64,000 bases of DNA from Polyangiaceae bacterium. GTDB lineage: Bacteria > Myxococcota_A > Polyangia > Polyangiales > Polyangiaceae. The translations under genes and the position numbers were made by a program. Where the stretch lies: NCBI GenBank assembly GCA_965222375.1, contig CBDCTZ010000015.1, forward strand, positions 1,280,001-1,344,000, given 5' to 3'. The notes under the pieces are model-generated. The model was not told the origin of the DNA, searched no databases, and saw nothing but the letters and a program-made list of their open reading frames with translations. Of this stretch, positions 1 through 9,314 are shown in pieces; the stretch's first letter is position 1, and each line of letters opens with the position of its first letter.

Positions 1-464
1 TTCTCGGAAAACACGCCAAAGAGCTTCTCGGTTTCGAGGTTGCACACGTCCGCTAACTCGGGCACGGAGCCGTAGAGCTCGCCGGGGCTGAAAGCCGGAA
101 TCACTGCGCCCGTGCGATAGTCGAGGCGCGAGGCGATGGTGCCCCCGGTGCCATAGAGGATCACGCGAGGCTTGCCAGGGTCGACGGGGAACGTGCCCTC
201 CGGGATCTTGTAGCTCGCGCGTCGAAACCCAGTCTTTTGGATCCCCACGATGGTGTCGTAGCGAACCCCGACGTTGTAACCACTGAAGAGCTTGAGCACG
301 AGGTGGTTTTCGTCGGATGTCTCGGAGCGAGGCAGGATCAAGCCTTCGAACTTGCCGCGCTGTGTGCTCACGACGGCGTCGCACCACACCGTGACGCCGT
401 AGCGCTTCAGCACTGAAAGCAGCGGCTCCCGATAGCCTTTGTAGGAGTCGTCTTCCTCGTTCAC
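1..464 (-). CDS. gatD: Glu-tRNA(Gln) amidotransferase subunit D (partial, runs off window)
   Basis: Hand translation from GTG at 464 (GTGA overlap with gatE stop): MNEEDDSYKGYREP...FEGLILPRSETSDENHLVLKLFSGYNVG...VILYGTGGTIASRLDYRTGAV. GatD N-terminal domain plus asparaginase-type TGGTIAS motif. Confidence 0.93.
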   Translation of the reverse strand, partial: MNEEDDSYKGYREPLLSVLKRYGVTVWCDAVVSTQRGKFEGLILPRSETSDENHLVLKLFSGYNVGVRYDTIVGIQKTGFRRASYKIPEGTFPVDPGKPRVILYGTGGTIASRLDYRTGAVIPAFSPGELYGSVPELADVCNLETEKLFGVFSE

Positions 465-2533
465 GACGCCGCTCCTCCGGGTTTCGTCTGGGCCAGCTTC
501 ACCGCCAGTGCCTCCCGAGCAACGCGGGGGTCGACCATGCCGCGCACAGGCGCAAGCAATCGCCCCATGCCCCAACGCAGCAGCGCGTCAGGATCCCGCG
601 TCCATGCATCCGCGCGCGCCAGTGCGACTTCCGCAACCCGGGCGTCGAGGTCCTTGGCCGCGTCAGGGCTGCACAACTCCCCTACAATCTTGTCCGCCGA
701 CACCTCGAGCTCCGCAAGCAGCCGCAAGATCCCGGTTTCGAGCGCGAAAGGCGGCAACGCGCGCGACGCCAGTGCCGAGACCAGCGGTCGCAAGCGCTCT
801 GCATCCAGCGACGCTCGGGGCCGCCGCCCCAACACGCGCGGCAGGGTTCGCTCCAAGGCCCGCTCCAACTGCACCGCAACCGACTTGTCCACCCCCTGCA
901 CCAGCTCATCGAATAGGCCCGCCCAGGGTGCCCGGGAGAGGCGCCGGGCATTGCGCGGTAGAACCCCCAGCTCTATGTAGCGATCTTCCCGCTCCCAGGG
1001 CCGCTCTTCCGGGCTCCCTTCGATCTCCTGCACCCAAGCGTCGGGGATCGGAACCGGTGGCGTATCCGTGTCGGGATACATGCGCTCCGCCCCAGGCAAG
1101 ATGCGTTCGAACCCGCTGGTGCCATCTGGGAAGGGCTGTCGGGTCTCCGACGGCACTCCATCCAGGGCGTCTCTGGCGCGAATCAGAATCTCGCGAATCG
1201 CCGTATCCACGTCGAACTCAGGCCCCCAAACCACGACGATACCGTCCTCGGGATCTGCGCTCAGGGCGCTGCGAAGATGCCGCCAATCCCCGGCGCCCAG
1301 ACCGTAGTCGGACACGCTGGAGCTGATCATGAAGGGACGCGCTTCCAGACACGCGATGACCTGAACGCGATCCGCCAGCTCCCGGGCGAAAGTGATGCCG
1401 GGCTGGGTCGCGTGCACCAGCAGGCGGCCGAATCTGGGCAGGCGCACGGCGCCGATCATGTGCTTTTGCTCCTGGGCATCACGCACTGGCGGGTAGTCGC
1501 TCTTGCGCAGCACGGATCGCGCGTCGATGGCGAGCTTCGACTCCCAAGCCTGGGTGACGTCCCCGAGGCTCAGCATGTCCCGGGTAACGCCGCGCTGTTG
1601 CAGCTCGCTGCGAATACGTAGGAGGTTCAGCTGCCGAAAGGCTTCGTTGTGCACGAGCCGCGGCAGCACTCGATGGTTCGGCACGCCCTTGAGTTCCACG
1701 CGCCGGCCACCCGCAACGCTCACGTTCACGTCCTGGCGCGCCGCCCCGGCACCGCGACAAACCCGACCCGAGGCGCGCGCCACGTCGGCCAGCAGCCGCC
1801 CCCCAGCACGCACGTCCAGGGGCGTGAGCAAGTCGGGCTCCGTCACGGTCTCGATCAACGGTGTGCCCAGGCGGTCGGTTCGAAACGTGATGCGATGTCC
1901 GATGTCGGAGACCTCGCGGCACGAGTCCTCCTCCAGGGTGAGCTGACGAATGCGCAGCTCCCGATCCGCGCCCAACTCGCTCTGGCGAAAGGGGATCACG
2001 GCGTCCGTGCCGACCATCGCCGTACGCTGGAATCCGGTGGGGATCGAACCGTCGAGGTACTGCTTGCGCATCACCTGCAGCTCGTTCACCAGGTTCAGTC
2101 CCAGCAGGGAGCCTACCTCCAGGGCGATTTTGATGGCCTCTTCGTCAATCTCGAAGGGCGGCGTGTCGTCCATTTCGTAGGTGCACACACTGCCGCGCTC
2201 GAGCAGGTACACGATCTCCTTCTGGGTCTTGAACTCCATCAGGGCGCAACCGTCGTATTCACCCATCTCGCTGAGGGTGGGACGCATGTGGCGAAGCACC
2301 TCGGTGTCCACCCGGGTGACGCGCTGCCCGGCCGGGCAGCGGCAGAACAACTTGCGGCGCGTCGCGAGCTGCTGATGCACCTCGAGGCCGCACATGAAAC
2401 CGAGCTCGGAATAGTCCGCCGGTGACAGCTCGCCGAACTCGCGATCCGGAAAGTCCAGCGCTGGGTCCGAACGCGGATTCAGGTCGTGCGGCGAAGGCGG
2501 CGGCGACGTTGCTGTGAACCTGCGGCTTGGCAC
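461..2533 (-). CDS. gatE: Glu-tRNA(Gln) amidotransferase subunit E
   Basis: GLEVHQQL...KLFCRC, VMRKQYLDGSIPTGFQRT, LEEDSCR, DRLGTPLIE, RQDVNVSV, an AspRS-like insertion and RILPGAERMYPDTD; directly upstream of gatD. Confidence 0.95.
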   Translation of the reverse strand: MPSRRFTATSPPPSPHDLNPRSDPALDFPDREFGELSPADYSELGFMCGLEVHQQLATRRKLFCRCPAGQRVTRVDTEVLRHMRPTLSEMGEYDGCALMEFKTQKEIVYLLERGSVCTYEMDDTPPFEIDEEAIKIALEVGSLLGLNLVNELQVMRKQYLDGSIPTGFQRTAMVGTDAVIPFRQSELGADRELRIRQLTLEEDSCREVSDIGHRITFRTDRLGTPLIETVTEPDLLTPLDVRAGGRLLADVARASGRVCRGAGAARQDVNVSVAGGRRVELKGVPNHRVLPRLVHNEAFRQLNLLRIRSELQQRGVTRDMLSLGDVTQAWESKLAIDARSVLRKSDYPPVRDAQEQKHMIGAVRLPRFGRLLVHATQPGITFARELADRVQVIACLEARPFMISSSVSDYGLGAGDWRHLRSALSADPEDGIVVVWGPEFDVDTAIREILIRARDALDGVPSETRQPFPDGTSGFERILPGAERMYPDTDTPPVPIPDAWVQEIEGSPEERPWEREDRYIELGVLPRNARRLSRAPWAGLFDELVQGVDKSVAVQLERALERTLPRVLGRRPRASLDAERLRPLVSALASRALPPFALETGILRLLAELEVSADKIVGELCSPDAAKDLDARVAEVALARADAWTRDPDALLRWGMGRLLAPVRGMVDPRVAREALAVKLAQTKPGGAAS

Positions 2534-2651
2534 GGGGCCGGGACCATACTTCCGTCGCGCCAGGCGAGTCGAGCATGACCGACCCGGAGCGCGCGTTTTA
2601 GGGACGCAGGCCGAGTGGAGAATAGAAAGGCGCCGCCAAGCCGCGCGATGT

Positions 2652-3824
2652 CTACTTGGCCGCTTTCACGTCCGCGACATAGCCCTGATCGTCGGCGTCC
2701 CGGGGGAACGCGCCGGCTTCGGCCAGCACGGCATCAAAGGCGGCCTGTGCAGACATCTCCGTGACCGGTGGAGCCGAGATCCGCGTCGAACGCGTGCCCG
2801 TGTCATCGGACGCAGTGGGAATCACATTGCCCTCGGAATAGACGTCAGCACCACTCGCAGCGTCGATGACCACGGCGTCCGCCACGTCGCTGCCAGTTCC
2901 GGCAAGGTAGTAGTTCTTGACGAGATTGACGCTCGAGTTGTTGCGAATGCGGGTGCCGTAGTTTTTTCCCCAATCGAAGATCACGTTGTTGACCATGTCG
3001 ACGTTCGTCGCGGAGTCGAGTTGGGGGTTTCGCTCTGCCCCGTGCACGTAGAGGTTGTGATGCACCGAGATGTTGTTGACGGTGTAGGAGATCAGCTGGT
3101 TTTTCACGGTTTCCGCGATGATGCACCACTGCGCCGTGACGTCGTGCACGTCTGAGGTGATGTCGAAGGCGCCATCGGCCCCGCGGCGAAAGGAACAGTG
3201 GTCTACGACGATGTTGTAGGAGCCACCGTAGAGGCGAAATGTATCCCCAGTATTCGTGTCCGTCGCATCACTGAAGCGCATATGCCGCACGATGATGTCG
3301 TGGGACATGCCCGTGATGATGAACAGCGCGTTGGCGACGCCGCTACTGCCGGCCGTCACGGTGATGCCCGGGGCTGGCGCCGTAGAGCCGTCGATGGTGA
3401 TGTGGTCCAGCCCGTCGATCTTGATCGGGCTCGCCAGCTCGATCTTGCCGCCCACGGAGAACGTGACGTTGCGCTTGGATTGCGAAACGCAATCCCGCAG
3501 CGTGCCTGGGCCACTATCGCCCAGCGACGATACGTCGCAACCTGGCTGACCGCTGCCTCCTTTGGTGCTCGCGCCGAATCCCTCCAGGGGCCGCGCACCG
3601 GGAGTGCCGGCGCTTCCGGCGCTGCCTCCGCTCGCGCCGGCACCCGATGAGCCGCCCGTGCCCGTGCTGCCCGCCGCGTTTCCCGCGCCACCGCTGCCGC
3701 CGCTGGCACCGGAAGAACCTCCGGAACCACCCGTCCCCGCAGAGCTGTCCGAATCATCATCGGAGCCGCACGCCATGAGCGCTAGCGCCGCAACCCCTGC
3801 TGCCAGGTTTCGTGAAAGACGCAC
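2652..3824 (-). CDS. Pectate-lyase-like (PL1) lipoprotein
   Basis: Lipobox LMAC, Gly linker, EGFGA..GG, DSGPGTLR, TIDG.TAP.PGI, VDHCSF, HHNLY, RNP motifs. Confidence 0.85.
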   Translation of the reverse strand: MRLSRNLAAGVAALALMACGSDDDSDSSAGTGGSGGSSGASGGSGGAGNAAGSTGTGGSSGAGASGGSAGSAGTPGARPLEGFGASTKGGSGQPGCDVSSLGDSGPGTLRDCVSQSKRNVTFSVGGKIELASPIKIDGLDHITIDGSTAPAPGITVTAGSSGVANALFIITGMSHDIIVRHMRFSDATDTNTGDTFRLYGGSYNIVVDHCSFRRGADGAFDITSDVHDVTAQWCIIAETVKNQLISYTVNNISVHHNLYVHGAERNPQLDSATNVDMVNNVIFDWGKNYGTRIRNNSSVNLVKNYYLAGTGSDVADAVVIDAASGADVYSEGNVIPTASDDTGTRSTRISAPPVTEMSAQAAFDAVLAEAGAFPRDADDQGYVADVKAAK

Positions 3825-3869
3825 GAAGTCAGCGTATCACGCGCCCACCCCGCAAGTCATGGCCCCGCA

Positions 3870-3922
3870 CGGGAGTAGTGGCTCCCTCGCTGTTCTCGGC
3901 CGCCTCATTGCCCCGACCCCAA
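3870..3922 (-). repeat. Dispersed bipartite motif, long-spacer variant
   Basis: TTGGGGTCGG-N26-GGGAGCCACTACTCCCG. Confidence 0.55.
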
Positions 3923-3995
3923 CCCAACCAACGCCCGGCGCGCTTGACCTCCGCGCGGTCTCGCCAAAGCCGAGGCATTCGAGGATACTGCGTGC

Positions 3996-4316
3996 ATGCC
4001 CGCCCACTCGAATGCTCTCACGGTCCGTCTCGATGCCCGCGAAACGGCGATGCTGCGTCAGCTCACCAAGGCCTATGGTGGGACGAAGACCGACGTGATG
4101 CGGGAGCTGATTCGCGATGCCTACGAGAACAAGCTCCCACGCCTCACCGCGCAGGCTGGCTTTGGCTTCACGTTCCTGACGCCGCAACCTGGCGCCCGTC
4201 GCGCGATCCCCAGCCAACCGCCGCGCAACCCGAAAGCCAAGGCGCAGCGTAAGCCGCCACCCAAACCGCGGCGCAAGCCGCCACCCAAGCCACCCCGCGG
4301 GCGACCGAAGAAGTGA
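3996..4316 (+). CDS. Small ribbon-helix-helix (CopG-like) DNA-binding protein with Lys/Pro/Arg tail
   Basis: LTVRLDARETAMLRQLTKAYGGTKTDVMRELI fits an RHH pattern; RKPPPKP repeats and a terminal RGRP AT-hook-like motif. Confidence 0.6.
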   Translation: MPAHSNALTVRLDARETAMLRQLTKAYGGTKTDVMRELIRDAYENKLPRLTAQAGFGFTFLTPQPGARRAIPSQPPRNPKAKAQRKPPPKPRRKPPPKPPRGRPKK

Positions 4317-4347
4317 CGCGGGCCTCGGGCTCGTGCTGGGGGACGCG

Positions 4348-6093
4348 ATGAAGCTGCCACTTTGCGGTTTGGCCGTAGCCCTCGTCGCGTTCGTTTTGCT
4401 CGGCTGCGGTCCCAAGAACGGCGCGCGCAGCCTTGGCAGCAAACCCTTGCCAACACCCAGAGAAGTCGCTCGCCAGGTCGCGCGACTCCGGGGGCTGCCG
4501 GATCGGCGCCCAGCGCCCATAGAGTTCGTCGACGAATCACGCTTCTTGCGTGAGCTGGAGCTGCCCGCGGCGCAGCCATCCCGAAAGTCGGCTTTCACCG
4601 CCAAGTCCGTGGGCCTGCGCGAAGTACTGGGCGAACAGATCGTCGGATATTACGACAAGCGCTCACACCGGATTCGAATTCGCGCGGGGCGCAAGTGGGA
4701 CGACGACATGGTCAACGTCCTGGCCCATGAGCTCACCCACTCGCTCCAGGCACAGCACCTCCCGCTGCCGAAGACCCCGGCCACCAATCTAGACGAGCAT
4801 CTGGCGCGCAAGTCCTTGATCGAAGGCGATGCGATGCTCGTCATGCTCGCTTACGCTTCGCTGCGTCAACGCGTGCCGCTCAAGCGCGCCTTGGCACGGG
4901 CCGCCATCATGGTCTCGGACATCGGCTTCGAGCGCTACCTTCGCGCCAGCGGCGGCAACGACGTGCTGGCCTCGGCGCCACCCGCGGTACGTCAACGGGT
5001 CACGTTTCCTTATGCGGGTGGCCTGACCTTCGTCGGAGATCTCTGGCGAACCGGCGGCTTCGGCTTGGTCAATCGCGTGTACGACGCGCCGCCAACCAGC
5101 ACCGAACACGTGCTGCACCCGGAAAAGTACCTCGCCGGGGAAGGTGTCGTACCCGTCAAGACACCGCCGGCGCCGCCGGCAGCGCAGGAAGTCATTCAGG
5201 GGCGTCTCGGCGAGTTGGGAACTCGCGTCCTGCTGGCCGAAAGTGTGCCCCAACCTCAAGCGGCGGCAGCGGCGGCAGGCTGGGGCGGCGATGCCTTCAT
5301 CGTTTACCGGGTCGGCACCACCAACGCCATGCAGTGGGTCACGACTTGGGATAGCGAACGGGATGCCCAAGAGTTTCACCTTGCGGCGCGCAAGTATGCG
5401 GTGAGTGTCGGTGGGGATTTCTCCGAAGGTGGCCGCACGCTGCTTCGTCGCCGCGGAAAGCACGTGGTGTTTGCAGACGGCATCGCCGACCGCGAAGCAC
5501 TCAGCGAGCGTATGCTCGAACTCATCGGTACGGCGCCCCAGGCGCGACCGCCCTTCGGCAATTTGACGATCCCAAAGCTCAAGCGCCCGCCGAGGACCCG
5601 CCCACCCTACGTCACGCGCACAGGTTTGTACGTCAACGAGTACCTCGGCCTGGTTGCGCAGGCTCCGGCGGGCGTGCGCGTGAAGCTCATCTCCCCCACA
5701 AGCGCCGTGTTCACCCTCGAGGGGGAGACGACGGCCTTTGGCGGCATCGAGCTGTCCGAGCAGATCGCTGGCCGCGACACCATCGACGACGTGCACGGAA
5801 CATTCCGCGACATCGTGGCCGAGGCACTGGGCAGGTACAAACTCGAGTACACCGGTGGACGCGAGATCTATCTCGGCTCCTTGGGTCACGCCGTCGAGCG
5901 CAATTGGCGGGTCAAGGGCACTCGGGCTGGCCTCTCGGTCATCGTGTTGCCCATCTGCGGTCGCAACGGCAGCTTCGTTCTGTGGCGGTTCCACGCCGAC
6001 TATGTCGGCCGGGCCGTGTTTCACCAATGGCTGAAGAGCATTCGACCAACGGCCTGGAAGACCCCGCCGGTCTGCGCCGTGTTGGATCCCTGA
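4348..6093 (+). CDS. Lipoprotein with HEXXH zinc-metallopeptidase-like domain
   Basis: LLGC lipobox, HELTH, EGDA, FPY..G..F, PPTSTEHVLHPEKY, AAAGWGGD, WDSERDA. Confidence 0.7.
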   Translation: MKLPLCGLAVALVAFVLLGCGPKNGARSLGSKPLPTPREVARQVARLRGLPDRRPAPIEFVDESRFLRELELPAAQPSRKSAFTAKSVGLREVLGEQIVGYYDKRSHRIRIRAGRKWDDDMVNVLAHELTHSLQAQHLPLPKTPATNLDEHLARKSLIEGDAMLVMLAYASLRQRVPLKRALARAAIMVSDIGFERYLRASGGNDVLASAPPAVRQRVTFPYAGGLTFVGDLWRTGGFGLVNRVYDAPPTSTEHVLHPEKYLAGEGVVPVKTPPAPPAAQEVIQGRLGELGTRVLLAESVPQPQAAAAAAGWGGDAFIVYRVGTTNAMQWVTTWDSERDAQEFHLAARKYAVSVGGDFSEGGRTLLRRRGKHVVFADGIADREALSERMLELIGTAPQARPPFGNLTIPKLKRPPRTRPPYVTRTGLYVNEYLGLVAQAPAGVRVKLISPTSAVFTLEGETTAFGGIELSEQIAGRDTIDDVHGTFRDIVAEALGRYKLEYTGGREIYLGSLGHAVERNWRVKGTRAGLSVIVLPICGRNGSFVLWRFHADYVGRAVFHQWLKSIRPTAWKTPPVCAVLDP

Positions 6094-6197
6094 GCTACGG
6101 CCAAAGGCAAGGCCTCGGGCCACGGCGCAAAGCTGTACGCTTTCCTATTCCGTTCGCGCTGCGCCTGAAGCTACGCCAAAGGATGCGCCGCTCCCGG

Positions 6198-6812
6198 TCA
6201 GCTCTTGGGAGTGCAGATATTGTCGACGATGCTGCACTTGCCGCCTTTGCACTTGTCGAGCTTGTCGCAGTCCTCAGCCGTTGCTGTGCAGCTGCCGTCG
6301 ACGATCTGACACTGCCCGTACTCGGTGCACTGGGACTTACATCGCTCTTCGGGCTTCACCGACTTGAGCATGATGCAGAGCGACACGTCACGGGATAGAT
6401 CTTTGCAGCCTTTGGTTCGGATCTTCGCGCCCGCCTTACAGCGAAGCTCGTCACCATCGACGCAGCTGGTGAACTTGCCCAGTTTGATCGGGCAGAAGTC
6501 CGCCACGCCGCCGAAAGCCGTGTTGCAGTTCTTGGCGCAGGCTTCGACTTCGATCTTGTCGCAGATCTTGCGATTGCGTTCGCATGAAGACTTGCACCAC
6601 GCCGCCATGTCCGCGGGGGGCTTCGGCGCGGGAGGTTCCGGCGGTGCGGCATCCACGGGCTCGGCGGGAGTGGGCTCAGCGGCCGCCGGGGCCGCGGGTG
6701 GCGGCTGTGCCGGCGCGGCAGTGGGCGTCCCGGGATTGGTGGCTGCGGGCGGAGTCGCGGGCGAGCACGCGAACGACAGGAGCAAGCCACAGAGCAAAAA
6801 ATAGCGTGACAC
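6198..6812 (-). CDS. Pro/Ala- and Cys-rich lipoprotein
   Basis: SFAC lipobox, Pro/Ala linker, many Cys. Confidence 0.7.
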   Translation of the reverse strand: MSRYFLLCGLLLSFACSPATPPAATNPGTPTAAPAQPPPAAPAAAEPTPAEPVDAAPPEPPAPKPPADMAAWCKSSCERNRKICDKIEVEACAKNCNTAFGGVADFCPIKLGKFTSCVDGDELRCKAGAKIRTKGCKDLSRDVSLCIMLKSVKPEERCKSQCTEYGQCQIVDGSCTATAEDCDKLDKCKGGKCSIVDNICTPKS

Positions 6813-6922
6813 GCTGCCACGCTAGCCGAGGGGCGTGGCCGCGTACAAGCATCTCCACACGACTACCTCTCTCCGCACTCGCGGGTCATCGGGTGCCGGC
6901 CGCCCTCAACGGATTGGGTTTG

Positions 6923-6965
6923 TTTGGGGTCGCGTATCTTTTTCACATTGGGCCACTACTCTCGA
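6923..6965 (+). repeat. Dispersed bipartite motif copy
   Basis: TTTGGGGTCGC-N14-TTGGGCCACTACTCTCGA. Confidence 0.85.
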
Positions 6966-7064
6966 CCTAGGCTCCGCAGCCCGCCCCCGCGCCATCGTGC
7001 AGCTTGGACGATGGCGCAATGACACCATTTTGAGTAGACCGAGCGTGAGGGGCGCGGAGTTTCG

Positions 7065-8225
7065 TTGGCGATGCAGCTGCAGAAGATACAAGGCAGACGG
7101 CTTCGCCCGACGACTATGGGCGGCGGCACCGCGGCAATTCTCATCGCCATCGCGATTGCCTTTCTGGGCGTGAGCACGCTGCCGCCCGACGTGGACAGCG
7201 TGCGCTGGGCCAAGGTGGGCCTGATCGCAGCCTTCCTGTTGGCGATGGGCCGGCACGCGCGTCGCTCGCTGACGCGCCGCTCGCAGTTCTTATTGTTGCT
7301 CCCGATCGTGTTCGTGGTGATCGCGGTAGCTACTGCGGGGGTAGCCGCCTGGGTGGCCAAAGCGTCAGCGCTGACGGCGTTCATTGCCACCCTGGTGGCG
7401 GTGGTGATGCTCGCCGGCGGCCGCGGACGCGGTACACCCGGCTTCGGCTGGGCCGCATCCCTCGCCCGAAGTGCGACTCGCGCGGAGCACGCCGCAGAGC
7501 CCGTTGAACTCGCTGCGGACGAGGGCGGACTCCGCATCGGAACGGCCGATTCTGCCGACAGCCAGACCTACTGCGCCTTCGAAGACTTGGCACCCATCGC
7601 GGTCACTGCGGAGGTGGGCAAGGTGAAAGCAACCCTTGTCGACTTCACCGGTGACGAACTGATGAAGCTCGAGCTGACAGACTCGGAATCGATTTATCAG
7701 CTGGAGGCATTGGTGCACTTGCAGCGGACGCGGCGAAAAGCTTTCCAGCAGCTCGACATTGACGACTCCCTGGTGCGGCAGGAGTCCTTCGCCGACTTTT
7801 TGAGGCGCGTGCGACGCCTGGCACACGGCGACGCTTACCGCGGCGCGATTTCCGATGAAAAGCTACGCCGGGCGTTCAAAGACGTTGCGGCGCCTCGGGA
7901 ATCTCGAGCCGCAGCGGGCTACCTGCTAGCGCGCCGCGATCCCGCGTGGCTTCGGTCACATTTGTCCCCCGCCACGCCACCACTGGTCGCAGGCTTCATC
8001 GCCGCGACAACCGAGGGCTCGCAGCTGCTGAGGCAGACGGGCGCGACCGCCGCCCTGGCGTGGCTGGACGAAGAGACCCAACGAGAAATCCAGCACGTTT
8101 TGGGGCCCAAGCTTCGGGTCGAGACTGGCGGAGGGCCCCCGCGAACACACGTCGAACTCGAAGAGCCCGTCGAGGCGGTCGATCCTGTGACGCCAAAGCG
8201 GCGCAAGGCGCAGATTCCGAAATGA
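7065..8225 (+). CDS. Hypothetical membrane protein (about 4 N-terminal TM helices)
   Basis: Hydrophobic N-terminal segments followed by a soluble C-terminus. Confidence 0.65.
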   Translation: MAMQLQKIQGRRLRPTTMGGGTAAILIAIAIAFLGVSTLPPDVDSVRWAKVGLIAAFLLAMGRHARRSLTRRSQFLLLLPIVFVVIAVATAGVAAWVAKASALTAFIATLVAVVMLAGGRGRGTPGFGWAASLARSATRAEHAAEPVELAADEGGLRIGTADSADSQTYCAFEDLAPIAVTAEVGKVKATLVDFTGDELMKLELTDSESIYQLEALVHLQRTRRKAFQQLDIDDSLVRQESFADFLRRVRRLAHGDAYRGAISDEKLRRAFKDVAAPRESRAAAGYLLARRDPAWLRSHLSPATPPLVAGFIAATTEGSQLLRQTGATAALAWLDEETQREIQHVLGPKLRVETGGGPPRTHVELEEPVEAVDPVTPKRRKAQIPK

Positions 8226-8244
8226 GGCGCCACCCGGCGCGGGT

Positions 8245-9171
8245 CTAGGGCTTCGCGTTCTTTGCTTTGGCGGACTTCCACTCCGCGGGAATGGGACGCT
8301 GCAACCCGCGCCGTGGGGATTTGACGCGCGCCTTCCAAACGCGAGAGCTCCTCCGCTTGGTTTTGGCTTTCGTATCCTTTGCTGCATCGTCAGCGGCGGG
8401 TTCCGCCTCGACGAGCGGTAGGTCATCGAGGGACAGCACTTGCCCAATGGGATCGGGTTCTGGCACGAGAACGGCTCCGGGCGCCTGGTACGTCGGCGCC
8501 GGTGCAGCTTGCGTCCCAATCGGGACACCGTCCTTATCCACGGGAACCGCCGCGTGGGGAACGAAGCGTGTGCTTTCGGTTGCAGCAAGAAGGCCGCTGC
8601 CCGCCAGGAAGGCGATGGCGAAAAGGGCGACCACTCCCACGGCAATGTCGAGAGGGGTCAATCGATGTTGCCGAAAGCGCTGCAGCAAGCTCTCGGGCGG
8701 TGGCGGTGGCGCGACGGGCACCGGCTGTCGCGGTTGACTCCACGCCAGCAGATCCGGAGGAGTGTCTCTGGGGGGTGACAGATCGGGCAAGCCATTCAGC
8801 CTGGGCACTAGAGGCGGTGACGCAAAGTCTGGCAACTCGTGCGGGGCCATTACGTCCGTACTGTCGCTGTCGTCGAAGCCGGGTATCTGCGGCTTCGGTG
8901 GCAACGAAGTCTGGCGCGGCCGGAGGTTGCGCAATTGAGACAGACTGGGCAGCTTGCGCGTTGCCTCGTCGTCGGAACAAGACAGGTCGAGCAGCTCGCT
9001 GATTTCGCTACGGGGAGGCCGGGCCGGATCGCGTAGAGTCTTGGCGTGCTGTGCGGGTAGGCCCAAGGGGCTGAAGAGCATTCCGGAGAGCTTCAGCGTC
9101 CGGTTCATGGGCTGGTTGCGAGGGTAGGGCGTGGGGAGCCCGGATGGCATATTGCGTTGGTTTTCACGCAT
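8245..9171 (-). CDS. Pro-rich single-pass membrane hypothetical protein
   Basis: AGGAG RBS before ATG 9171; one TM (IAVGVVALFAIAFLAGSGLL). Confidence 0.6.
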   Translation of the reverse strand: MRENQRNMPSGLPTPYPRNQPMNRTLKLSGMLFSPLGLPAQHAKTLRDPARPPRSEISELLDLSCSDDEATRKLPSLSQLRNLRPRQTSLPPKPQIPGFDDSDSTDVMAPHELPDFASPPLVPRLNGLPDLSPPRDTPPDLLAWSQPRQPVPVAPPPPPESLLQRFRQHRLTPLDIAVGVVALFAIAFLAGSGLLAATESTRFVPHAAVPVDKDGVPIGTQAAPAPTYQAPGAVLVPEPDPIGQVLSLDDLPLVEAEPAADDAAKDTKAKTKRRSSRVWKARVKSPRRGLQRPIPAEWKSAKAKNAKP

Positions 9172-9314
9172 CTTGTCGCTCCTGCGTACAGCGACACTGC
9201 AAAAACCGATCCGACCCACAAACGCCGACAATGTGGGCTCCCCACCTACGTTATGAGACCACTGAGGTCACCCTGACCGGCGCGAAGCGCGACCCTGAAT
9301 GTCACAGCGCGCCA

